Below, piece by piece: positions 39,197 to 47,304 of a DNA stretch of 47,304 nt (positions within the stretch are counted from its first letter, which is position 1; the number at the start of each line of letters is the position of its first letter). The notes under the pieces are model-generated. The model did no database searches and had not been told where the DNA came from. It saw only the letters and a program-made list of their open reading frames with translations. The stretch is from a plasmid, in the sequence record NZ_CP136123.1; one strand, given 5' to 3'. A program made the translations under genes and the position numbers.

Positions 39197-39524
39197 TTAC
39201 TTATCTGGTTGCTCAGTTAATTTCGCCAATTTTTGATGCAGCCTAATGTCATATTGCCTGGTAATTGGCATTAACACCGCGACTACCCCGCAAATGGCAG
39301 CACCGATTCCTGCAATCACAAATAGGCGTTCAATGCCAATCACATCAGCTAGGGGACCGGCAAAAATTAAGCCAATTGGTCCAGCTAGATTCAACAAAGA
39401 ATTCAAAACGCCTAGAATCCGCCCTAACTCTTCTGCTGGATAACTTTGTTGAATCATTGCCATTAAAAGCGTTGTAAAAAATGGGGTCGCAATTCCTTCA
39501 ATGATGTTTAAAGCTGCGAACCAT
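39197..39524 (-). pseudogene. C-terminal fragment of an MFS transporter, truncated by partial IS5-like copy C
   Basis: Hydrophobic C-terminal helices (LGVLNSLLNLAGPIGLIFAGPLADVIG...) with no N-terminal part; frame continues to the IS junction. Confidence 0.5.
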
Positions 39525-39895
39525 GTTCGGGCCGATCGGCCCTATGCAAAGCGATAGGAAGCAACAGTTTTTTTAAAAGCCTTTCTAATAGCGAATCAGC
39601 TGTCGGGTCTGGTTTATCTCGCCACATATCGTAATAGCGGTAGACAGTGTGCCATTCCGGGAAATCGTGCGGTAATTCACGCCATTGACACCCTGTAGTA
39701 AGCGAGTAAAGGATGGCATTGAATACGTCATAAAGATCATAACGACGCGGTCTTGTATGCTTGCGGAAGTTTTCTAAATCAGGTTGTATTAACGCAAATT
39801 GCGCTCGAGAAATATTGCTTGGATAATCTGGCATGACAAACGCCTCAGTCGGTTTTCCACAATTCTACCAGATTCAGCAGATACTAGACAGGTTC
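39525..39895 (-). mobile_element. IS5-like element copy C, 5'-portion only (371 bp; first ORF 39834-39508)
   Basis: Matches copy B from its inverted repeat through the first ORF; breaks at 39525; TTA flank at 39896-39898. Confidence 0.7.
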
Positions 39896-40180
39896 TTAAA
39901 GAGTTGCTTTCAATTGATCTAATCGCCATTGGCACCATGAAATAAAGGCTAATTCGTCAATCTTTGGAATGCCATAGGTTCTAGCATACGTTAACTTTTG
40001 AGTGGTAAGTAGTTGATCATAGGGTTTGCTAATAATACCAACCACAAGGATATCGACATTTTTGTCAATCCCGTTGACAGGTTTTGCTCCTAGAATAGTT
40101 GCTAACTGTTGTGCCTGGAAACGACGAAAAGATCGCAAACGGCCTGTAAAGAGAATTCGTTTGCCCCTTAAATCTATCAT
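39896..40180 (-). CDS. Stand-alone BRCT-domain protein (94 aa)
   Basis: GKRILFTGRLRSFRRFQAQQLATILGAKPVNGIDKNVDILVVG resembles the BRCT domain of NAD-dependent DNA ligase; start overlaps the resolvase stop. Confidence 0.5.
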   Translation of the reverse strand: MIDLRGKRILFTGRLRSFRRFQAQQLATILGAKPVNGIDKNVDILVVGIISKPYDQLLTTQKLTYARTYGIPKIDELAFISWCQWRLDQLKATL

Positions 40181-40185
40181 GATGT

Positions 40186-40836
40186 TTACCTCTCACTACG
40201 GGGAACATTTGCTAGATCTTCTGCCTGATACTTTTCGATGCGATATAAGGTTACTGGTGCAATACCTAACATGCGGGCAATTTGTCGCTTGGTCAGAGTT
40301 TCATCTCCGTCTTTCTTCCTATTTAAAAGGCGACAGGCTTCTTTATAAATATAGCGTTTTTGACGATTAGGTGAATGAGGACCATATTCGCGAATTTTGC
40401 CTTTATATTTGCCCTGGCGTTTGGCAATTTCTATGCCTTGTTGTTGCCGTATCTTAATAGTTTCGCGCTCTTCTTGAGCAATATACTTATATAGTTCGAC
40501 AATAATTGTCGTAATCAAGTTACGAAGGTTAGGATCTTCAATACTTGCAAAGCTAGGTAGATTTAGAACGTTCAATTGAGCTCCACGATGCCGAATGGTT
40601 TCGATGATGTCAGTCAAATCATGAGAATTGCGACCAAGTCGATCAAGGCTCAGTACCACTACTTCATCATCATCACGAATATAGTCTAACATTGCTTTCA
40701 GTTGAGGACGATCGGCATTTTTACCTGAAAGCTTCTCTTGAAAGATTTTATTAACACCGGCATCATGTAGCTGTTCAATTTGACGCGCCAGATTTTGATC
40801 ACGCGTACTAACACGCGCATAACCGATTTTAGACAA
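40186..40836 (-). CDS. Serine recombinase / resolvase
   Basis: MSKIGYARVSTRDQNLARQ (catalytic Ser) plus a C-terminal HTH; 216 aa. Confidence 0.85.
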   Translation of the reverse strand: MSKIGYARVSTRDQNLARQIEQLHDAGVNKIFQEKLSGKNADRPQLKAMLDYIRDDDEVVVLSLDRLGRNSHDLTDIIETIRHRGAQLNVLNLPSFASIEDPNLRNLITTIIVELYKYIAQEERETIKIRQQQGIEIAKRQGKYKGKIREYGPHSPNRQKRYIYKEACRLLNRKKDGDETLTKRQIARMLGIAPVTLYRIEKYQAEDLANVPRSER

Positions 40837-40863
40837 TTCTAGGTCGCCTCCGGGTCACTTATA

Positions 40864-40918
40864 TGTAACTAATAATACTCCCTTCTCACTTTAGTTACAA
40901 TAGGGTACACCCTATTGT
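40864..40918. promoter_or_regulatory. res-like palindromes upstream of the resolvase (TGTAACTAA-N18-TTAGTTACA; CAATAGGGTacaCCCTATTG)
   Basis: Two dyad-symmetric sites immediately 5' of the resolvase gene. Confidence 0.4.
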
Positions 40919-41295
40919 GCTCTTAGTGGTGTCTCTTTTTTAGTCACTCTTTGGTAATCAACGATTCCATATGTTTTATTAACAGTGATTTTAATGATTT
41001 GCCCAGATTTAAACGGGCCTATATCGTGCTCATCTGTTTTTAACTTGAGATTCTTTATTTTTCCCTGTGCGTTCTTAGCAGCTCCTTCGTAAGTGTATCC
41101 TTGAATCGATATTCCAACAGGTACTTCAACGTTTGAAATAATAGGCTGACTATCAATCTTCATGTAGTAAGAATCACCACCATATTGATACTCAGTGATA
41201 TAAACCGAAAAAGCAATTGTTGCAACAATTGCAGCCAAAAAGGATGTCAGCCACAGTCTCTCCTTATGATTCTCATTCATGCTACCATCTCCCAT
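40912..41295 (-). CDS. Membrane-anchored small protein, DUF1093/YxeA-like
   Basis: N-terminal TM LWLTSFLAAIVATIAFSVYI followed by a beta-rich ~90-aa domain; size and topology fit the YxeA family. Confidence 0.45.
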   Translation of the reverse strand: MGDGSMNENHKERLWLTSFLAAIVATIAFSVYITEYQYGGDSYYMKIDSQPIISNVEVPVGISIQGYTYEGAAKNAQGKIKNLKLKTDEHDIGPFKSGQIIKITVNKTYGIVDYQRVTKKETPLRAQ

Positions 41296-41614
41296 GACAG
41301 TCTTTGTAAAGTATAGATATGTAGCCTATCTGATGTATTTAGCTTATGGATAACAGCCTTTCCTTGAACTTTTATTTATTTAAGTTCCTATGCTGTAATG
41401 ATCGCATAAATTTTTGTTCGTAATTCCAGCATAGGAGTCTTTATTAAAAAAGTTTATTATGAAGTCGGCCCAAAAGATCACACCCTATCGTTTTTCTAAG
41501 TGGTTTTTAAAGATATTTCTTTTGAAAAAACAAAATTGTTATACTGGTCTGTATTTCTGCTGTTGAGTGTCCAGGTCACCTGTCACTTACTCTCTCCACT
41601 TCCCGAGGCTGTGT

Positions 41615-42985
41615 CTAGTAAGCAGTATGCTTTTTTAGCAAAGCGCTCTTAAGCTCTTCGTCTTCGGCTCTCATACCCGTCAAATTTGCTTCTGTTAAAT
41701 CCACGCCTAACAAATCTGCCCCTGCCAAATTCGCATCGGTCAGATTCGCGGCGGTCAGATTCGCATCGGTCAGATTCGCATCGGTCAAATTCGCACCGGT
41801 CAGATTCGCACCGGTCAAATTCGCACCGGTCAGATTCGCACCGGTCAAATTCGCACCGGTCAGATTCGCACCCTTCAGGTGTGCATTGGTCAAATCTGCC
41901 TCTCTCAGGTCAGTATTCATCATGTCTGCGTCTATTAAGGATGTATTATTAAAACCAGTTTTATGCATGTACGCTTTGACTAAGTTCACTCTGTCCATCC
42001 TTGCATCCATCAGGTTTGCATTTTCAAAATTTGCTCCAGTAAAATTTGATGTTCTTAGATCGGATCCGATAAAATTCGTATTCGCCAGTTTTGCATCGGT
42101 CAGATTACAGCTTGTCAACAAAGTATTATTATTGGCTTCGGCTCCGTTTAACCACGATTCCTTCATTGACGAATCACATATTTCTGCATCGTTCAATATC
42201 ACACGTCCCATGAAGGCATTATCGAAGTTCACACTGGTAATTTCTGCTCCGGTAAAGTCTACATTTGTTAGTTGTGCCTGTGAAAGCTTTATGTCGACTA
42301 AACGCGAATTTCTCAAATTTCCATTTAGCATTCGAATCCCTTTTAACGATGCACTATTTAATATAATATTTTGTAGATCTGCTGACTCAAAATTTAAATA
42401 AGGGTCAACGTGGAAGTTGAGCTCTTCTGGTATTACAAATGCAAACGTATTTGTAATACCATGATCTTTGTTGGCCACATCCTTTTCTGATATTTGTATA
42501 AGTCCATTAGCTTTAGCACTTACAACACTTGGGGATTGCTGTACTACTCGTTTAAAGTTTGTTTTAAAAGCAAGGTCGACAAGTCCTTGCATGTTTCTGT
42601 ATATTTCTTTTGCTTGGTCTGGTATTTCTTTTTTCAAATCATTACAATTTTGTATCAGTTCTATTAGTTCAGAAATTGCCGCTGCGACAATAATTGGCTG
42701 TTCACTCGCTAAATGAGTTATAGCGGTTGCCTTTCCTGCTATGATCTCTTGTTTATAATCATGCTCTTTACGTATTCTTTCTTGATTTTTGGAAAAATTT
42801 CGAGTGAATACTCCTACAAATATAGATGTTAAGACAACCGATCCAGTTTGAAATACAACATTAAACTCATTACAATTTCGTACAAGCAATAAAAGAAAAA
42901 CAAAACAAGTTGCCACTAACACGACTATATACCAGTCACCCCAAAATTTACGGAAGCGTTTATAATATTTATTTTCTGTTATCAA
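41615..42985 (-). CDS. Membrane-anchored pentapeptide-repeat protein (456 aa)
   Basis: Two N-terminal TM helices, ~150-aa helical domain, then ~45 pentapeptide repeats ending in a perfect GANLT x6 run. Confidence 0.7.
   Translation of the reverse strand: MITENKYYKRFRKFWGDWYIVVLVATCFVFLLLLVRNCNEFNVVFQTGSVVLTSIFVGVFTRNFSKNQERIRKEHDYKQEIIAGKATAITHLASEQPIIVAAAISELIELIQNCNDLKKEIPDQAKEIYRNMQGLVDLAFKTNFKRVVQQSPSVVSAKANGLIQISEKDVANKDHGITNTFAFVIPEELNFHVDPYLNFESADLQNIILNSASLKGIRMLNGNLRNSRLVDIKLSQAQLTNVDFTGAEITSVNFDNAFMGRVILNDAEICDSSMKESWLNGAEANNNTLLTSCNLTDAKLANTNFIGSDLRTSNFTGANFENANLMDARMDRVNLVKAYMHKTGFNNTSLIDADMMNTDLREADLTNAHLKGANLTGANLTGANLTGANLTGANLTGANLTDANLTDANLTAANLTDANLAGADLLGVDLTEANLTGMRAEDEELKSALLKKHTAY
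41730..41879. repeat. About ten near-perfect tandem 15-bp repeats (ttcgcaccggtcaRa) within the pentapeptide-repeat gene
   Basis: Visible period-15 array encoding (A/D)NLTG x n; the alternative frame on the opposite strand gives the HRSDS-repeat artefact ORF 41686-41952. Confidence 0.8.
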
Positions 42986-43138
42986 TCTTTCGCCTTTTCC
43001 CTAAAAGTGTTTTAGCAATACATCATTTATTTAGAAATTAGTGTTTTACTTCGGTTTGCCCTATACACAGTACTAATTTAAACAATTAGAGACAAATATA
43101 AAATAGTTAAGACCTCCATTAGTATTATTTTTAAAAAA

Positions 43139-43453
43139 TCACTCTTCAAACTCTATTTCAGCAATCGTGTCTTCCAAGTTATCCAGCACCTCGTTAGTTT
43201 CAATGAAGCTAACCCAGCTTTCATAAGGCTGAAACTTGTTCTCTTTAATATTAGCTTTTAGCTTATCATACACGTTGTCAACAAATTTACTGACCATTTT
43301 ATCGACAGCACTTGCTACGGCTGTTTCGCTCCATCGCTTTGACGCCGCTCGCTGACAATTTTTACTGTGTTGATAAGCTAAAGCCTGGCTGCGGAAAATA
43401 GCAACCACACGACTGTTAGCATTCAAATACGTTTCAAATTCTTCTCGATCCAT
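43139..43453 (-). CDS. Hypothetical small protein with an acidic C-terminus (104 aa)
   Basis: ATG with GAGGAGG RBS (rc of cctcctc at 43470); no recognised domain. Confidence 0.4.
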   Translation of the reverse strand: MDREEFETYLNANSRVVAIFRSQALAYQHSKNCQRAASKRWSETAVASAVDKMVSKFVDNVYDKLKANIKENKFQPYESWVSFIETNEVLDNLEDTIAEIEFEE

Positions 43454-43645
43454 TATGCTTCCTCCTCAAAAAAGCTCCATTTCATAGCACGGTTTTCAAC
43501 AAAGGCATGTCATTCTACATGCCTTTTTTACTGTTGTCCTTCAATCTCAGTATAAAACGTCCTACAGTTTTGTACAAACGTATGTTTGCTATTGAGAACG
43601 TGCGTTTGTATAATGGCTATAAAACAAGTAAGGAAGGCTAATATT

Positions 43646-44028
43646 ATGGAAAACAATGTGCCGCGAGAAAAATGGCTTTACCCTGACCGGTGCATGAAGA
43701 AGTGGCTTGGTTGGATTCTCAGCGATCATTCGTCCTACATGGAAGAATCTTCCATTTCTGAGCGCCCTGTGCAACCAAAGCCCGAACAGTCTCAAGAAAC
43801 CATTAGCACATCCTTGAAGATGCCTGGCAAAATGCAAAAATCGTGGCGGTTCAAATTGGCACACTCTACGACGATCGGTTGCTACCAGATATTGAGGGCG
43901 CCGTCATTGGTCACTGGGACGATCAGGTTTATTTACAACTCAAGAATGGTGATGCCCAGTCAATTAATGCGGCTGACATTCGGAATGTGGCATTGCTCAA
44001 TCCAGATCGCTGGTGGGCGTTAGCATGA
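43646..44028 (+). pseudogene. yolD: YolD-like protein gene with an apparent frameshift near 43805
   Basis: N-terminal part (MENNVPREKWLYPDRCMKKW...) is in frame A and the C-terminal part (ILEDAWQNAKIVAVQIGTLYDDRLLPDIEGAVIGHWDDQVYLQL) in frame B; both match YolD-family patterns; overlaps the polymerase start as in yolD-uvrX/yqjX-yqjW. Confidence 0.45.
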
Positions 44029-45317
44029 CAACGCCAATAGATGATCCAACCAGGTTACCGGTACATGACATTATGTGCATCGACTGCAAGTCGTTTTACG
44101 CATCAGTTGAGGCCATTCGACGCGGTATTCACCCACTGGCTGCTGATATTGCCGTGCTTAGCAAAGGCGATTCTCCTGGCGGCCTGGTGTTAGCTGCGAG
44201 TCCCAACTGCAAGAAACGTTACCACGTTGGCTTGAGCACGCGCCGCTTTCAATTACGAGACGACATGCAGGTAGAGCTTGCTGAACCACGAATGGCGGAT
44301 TACATTCGCAAGAATTACGGGATCAATCGTATTTATCGGCAGTTCACAGATGACGCTCACTGGTATCCCTATTCTATTGATGAATCTTTTATTGACGTCA
44401 CTCACTCTCACAGTCTCTTTGGTTCTAATGAAGAGATCGCTACCCAAATACAGAAGAAGGTGTTTGATCAGTTTGGTATCATCACAACCGTTGGCATTGG
44501 TCAAAATCCCCTGCTTGCCAAATTAGCCCTTGATAACGAAGCTAAAGAGTCAACGCCTTGGCAAGCGACATGGACTTACGATCAGGTACCCGAAACCATA
44601 TGGCAACTGAATGATTTAGCTGACTTTTGGTCAATCGGTAGTCGAACTGCTAAAAAGTTAAACGCCATCGGCATCAACAACCTCTATGACCTAGCCCACG
44701 CTGATCGCTCGCTTCTCCATCAGCGCTTTGGTGTTCTCGGCGATGCCTTGTACTTCCATTCATGGGGTATTGATTACTCGGATTTAACGCGCCGTTACTT
44801 ACCGCGCGCTGAGAACAAAGGCTATGGCAATAGTCAGGTACTCATGCGAGATTATACGCAGGCAAGAGAGATTGAAGTTGTGCTTAGCGAGATTGCGGAT
44901 CAAGTAGCTGGCCGACTTCGCCATCACAAAGTACAAGGTGAGGTCATTAGTGTCGGCATTGGTTACGCTGATGCAGAAGAAGCTGGCACTTCTGGTTTTG
45001 GTGTGCAAATGAAGGTTGATCCCACAAACCGCACAGACGATTTAATTCGCGCTGCTCGTTTTCTCTTCCATAGTAAGTGGAACGGACACGCCGTTAGAAA
45101 TGTCTCAGTTCGCGTTAATCGCATCAGTCAAGCAAGTACAATGCAACTTAGTCTCTTTGAACCAGCAGAGAAGGAGGAAGCAAACGTTTTGTTAGATCAA
45201 ACCATCGATAAGATTCGGCAGTTATATGGCTACAAAGCCATTGTTCGAGGTTACTCAAAAGAAAAAGGCGCAACCGCAATTGATCGCGCCGGATTGGTAG
45301 GTGGTCATCATGGATAA
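44013..45317 (+). CDS. umuC: Y-family translesion DNA polymerase (UmuC/UvrX/YqjW-like)
   Basis: N-terminal palm motifs IMCIDCKSFYASVEA and SIDESFIDVT; 434 aa. Confidence 0.85.
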   Translation: MGVSMTTPIDDPTRLPVHDIMCIDCKSFYASVEAIRRGIHPLAADIAVLSKGDSPGGLVLAASPNCKKRYHVGLSTRRFQLRDDMQVELAEPRMADYIRKNYGINRIYRQFTDDAHWYPYSIDESFIDVTHSHSLFGSNEEIATQIQKKVFDQFGIITTVGIGQNPLLAKLALDNEAKESTPWQATWTYDQVPETIWQLNDLADFWSIGSRTAKKLNAIGINNLYDLAHADRSLLHQRFGVLGDALYFHSWGIDYSDLTRRYLPRAENKGYGNSQVLMRDYTQAREIEVVLSEIADQVAGRLRHHKVQGEVISVGIGYADAEEAGTSGFGVQMKVDPTNRTDDLIRAARFLFHSKWNGHAVRNVSVRVNRISQASTMQLSLFEPAEKEEANVLLDQTIDKIRQLYGYKAIVRGYSKEKGATAIDRAGLVGGHHG

Positions 45318-45651
45318 AGCAACTGAACTTCTACTTGGTATCAAATCCATGCTGTCACAGTACGATCATTACTTCACCCGTGCGCCTCACACTCGTTATT
45401 GGCTTGTGGTGGTCGATAACCACTTTGAAGACTGCTACTCATTCTTCATCTACATGCAGCGGTTCAAAGCAAGATTGAGCAAAAGCTATGAGATTGCCTG
45501 CTTTGCCCGCGACAAAGGCAAATATGAGCATTATCTAGCTTCCTTAAAGCTACATTCGAACCTAAACGTTGAGTATCGTGACACTCTCCATTTAATTCAC
45601 CCTGACTCAGATGTTTTTGAAGATTTAATTCACGGTCATAATCATCTGTAA
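45310..45651 (+). CDS. Hypothetical protein translationally coupled to the polymerase gene (113 aa)
   Basis: ATG 8 nt upstream of the umuC stop with GGTAGGTGG RBS; Cys/His-containing; no recognised domain. Confidence 0.4.
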   Translation: MDKATELLLGIKSMLSQYDHYFTRAPHTRYWLVVVDNHFEDCYSFFIYMQRFKARLSKSYEIACFARDKGKYEHYLASLKLHSNLNVEYRDTLHLIHPDSDVFEDLIHGHNHL

Positions 45652-45695
45652 CTTTGATTTCAACTAAATTTATCACGCTTGTATAGTCATACCGC

Positions 45696-46085
45696 TTATT
45701 TTTGTTTTGGTTTCAACATGCTGAGTTGCAACCCAAACATTTGGTTGTACGCATTTGCTTGGCGTGCAGTCAGATTTTTCCCAATATAGCTTTCTATCAA
45801 AACGTTTATTAAGTCATTCATTGTATCTGAACGTTCATTAGACTTTTGCTCATTTATGAACGGTTTTAAAGTCTGCAACTTCAAATTTGTGACTGGTGAT
45901 ATTTTCATTGTTGTAGTTGCTTTGTATCGAGGGTCATTCGCCGGTAAGTTATTATTCGCAACCTCCTTATCAATAGTAGCCGAAAAATCATTTGTTCCGA
46001 CAATCGAAACTTGCTTTCGTTCTAACCCGCTTGTTTGTTTTCTTTTATGATGATTAATAATCGGTTGAATGCTGTCGTCACTCAT
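45696..46085 (-). CDS. Small partition adaptor protein (ParB/ParG-like), basic N-terminus
   Basis: 129 aa; start overlaps the ParA stop; HHKRKQTSGLERKQVS basic region. Confidence 0.45.
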   Translation of the reverse strand: MSDDSIQPIINHHKRKQTSGLERKQVSIVGTNDFSATIDKEVANNNLPANDPRYKATTTMKISPVTNLKLQTLKPFINEQKSNERSDTMNDLINVLIESYIGKNLTARQANAYNQMFGLQLSMLKPKQK

Positions 46086-46914
46086 TTAGCTCACCTTCTC
46101 GGTATTTATCAAGCTTCTTTTGATTTTCGTCTAATTCGTCTAGGACATTCTCAAAAACTTTATGTGCTCTAATATCCCAACTATCTTCGTATCCTAGTGA
46201 AGTTTTGTTGATATGGATTCCTTCAGCATCATATGCCTTTAATCGTTCTTGATATTTTACAACCGTTTGTAAAACGTTGTTTCCATAAAGATCCCGCGCT
46301 GCACGAAGAACATCTTCATCTACCCTGCCGCCAGGTCGCAACATACATGGAATTATTCCAAGAACATCTAAATCGGAATTATAGTTATTTGCCAAATATT
46401 GCATGTAGGAAATATAGGTCTTGGCTCCATCAAGAGAGAGTTCTTGTGTTTGAAGAACAATAATGCAGTAATCAGCAGCCATCATTGCATTGTCCGAAAA
46501 ATCCGAGATAGTCGGCGGAACATCGAGGTAAATACTATCATATTGATCCTTTAAGGGTTCCAGCAGTGTTTTTAAATACAGCATTTGCTGATCTTCGTCG
46601 TCCGGAAATTTTGACATTAAAAGTTTGGGTAACGTTCTAAAGCTAGTACTTGCACCAATAATATCCAGACAAGGTATCACTTTGGTTATTTGGTTCTGCA
46701 AGTTTCCGGTGATAAATCCATCTGTTACATTCTTCGTAATGGCACTTAAGCCACCCGTTCGCCCAAGAACGCTTGTTGCATTGCCTTGAGGATCTAGGTC
46801 AATTACCAAAGTCTTTCTTCTCTTTTTAACTGCACTTTCATAAGCTAGCATTGTAACGGTTTTTGTTTTACCAACACCGCCCTTAAAGTTCCCAACAACG
46901 TAAGTTTTTGCCAT
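46078..46914 (-). CDS. parA: ParA-family partition ATPase
   Basis: Deviant Walker A KGGVGKT (MAKTYVVGNFKGGVGKTKT); 278 aa. Confidence 0.85.
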   Translation of the reverse strand: MAKTYVVGNFKGGVGKTKTVTMLAYESAVKKRRKTLVIDLDPQGNATSVLGRTGGLSAITKNVTDGFITGNLQNQITKVIPCLDIIGASTSFRTLPKLLMSKFPDDEDQQMLYLKTLLEPLKDQYDSIYLDVPPTISDFSDNAMMAADYCIIVLQTQELSLDGAKTYISYMQYLANNYNSDLDVLGIIPCMLRPGGRVDEDVLRAARDLYGNNVLQTVVKYQERLKAYDAEGIHINKTSLGYEDSWDIRAHKVFENVLDELDENQKKLDKYREGELNE

Positions 46915-46967
46915 ATAAATACCGCCTTTCCAAATATATTATAGCACCTGTGATTACGTTTGTAAAA

Positions 46968-47178
46968 GTATACCAGTATACTTTTCTATTGATAAAATAA
47001 GGATTCAAGGTATACGAGTATACCCGTATACCTTGAATCCTTTTCCTATATTACTTTATTGCCTTTGGTTTAAGGACATGTAATCAAACATGGACCGTAT
47101 AGAAGAGAATAAGTATACCGGTATACTGGTATACTGGTATACATTTCTCCTAAGTATACTAGTATACTGGTATACCGT
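46968..47178. repeat. Centromere-like array: at least 14 GTATAC hexamers at 8-bp periodicity (GTATACYRGTATAC...) plus the inverted repeat GGATTCAAGGTATAC...GTATACCTTGAATCC
   Basis: gtataccagtatac, gtatacgagtatacccgtatacc, gtataccggtatactggtatactggtatac and gtatactagtatactggtatacc clusters immediately upstream of parA; positioned between the divergent par and rep loci. Confidence 0.6.
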
Positions 47179-47304
47179 TTTTATTATTTGATCGGTAATC
47201 CTTTACAAGACGTTATCACTAGTATACAGTCGTGTTGTTATATAGACTTCTCAAATATTAGATTTTTCAAACATAAATAAATAAAATTGCAAGGAGTTTT
47301 TAAA

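Noticed and set aside
41686-42401. Plus-strand ORFs (88 aa with HRSDS repeats; 171 aa) opposite the pentapeptide-repeat gene
   Set aside because: They are mirror frames of the 15-bp repeat array and the pentapeptide-coding sequence. The minus-strand 456-aa ORF is coherent with TM helices plus pentapeptide repeats.
1-47304. CRISPR arrays, rRNA, complete tRNA genes
   Set aside because: No spacer-repeat array with unique spacers, no rRNA-like conserved segments and no full cloverleaf were found; the only tRNA-like element is the minihelix at 5025-5064.

Overview
This window reads as a near-complete theta-replicating conjugative-type plasmid of the Lacticaseibacillus casei/paracasei/rhamnosus group, linearised at repA. 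Backbone: a RepA_N-family repA (1-1110) carrying its own 54-bp palindromic iterons; a divergent parA/parB pair with an 8-bp-periodic GTATAC centromere array at the far end (46968-47178); and a long co-directional Gram-positive type IV secretion (tra) cluster of roughly 6.1-20.2 kb. The tra cluster has a VirD4-like coupling ATPase, a VirB6-like polytopic protein, a VirB4 ATPase, a lysozyme-like plus NlpC/P60 cell-wall hydrolase, a thioredoxin-like protein and a proline-rich Ig-repeat surface protein. Downstream are an oriT-like triple inverted-repeat region, three small ribbon-helix-helix/coiled-coil accessory genes and a MOBQ-like relaxase cut short by an IS3-family element. Two identical IS3 copies (22423-23679 and 37536-38792, neither with target duplications) bracket a ~14 kb accessory module. 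That module holds an unannotated 29-aa Fst/Lpt-like type I toxin with a convergent small RNA, a glutathione-reductase-family oxidoreductase, the lacTEGF lactose-PTS operon with cre and RAT/terminator, IS5-like elements, an IS66 element with a perfect 8-bp target duplication, an ISL3 remnant, and copY plus a disrupted copB. The final ~8 kb has copB and MFS-transporter fragments, a BRCT-domain protein coupled to a serine resolvase with res-like palindromes, a lower-GC island (DUF1093-like protein, a membrane-anchored pentapeptide-repeat protein built on near-perfect 15-bp DNA repeats, and a small acidic protein) and a frameshifted yolD-like gene with a Y-family polymerase. No CRISPR array, rRNA or full tRNA is present. 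The best candidates for something undescribed are the pentapeptide-repeat island, the operon of more than ten tiny overlapping ORFs with a lipoprotein-signal micro-ORF upstream of the tra genes, a GC-rich structured non-coding segment and a tRNA-like minihelix. None of these can be assigned a function from sequence alone.
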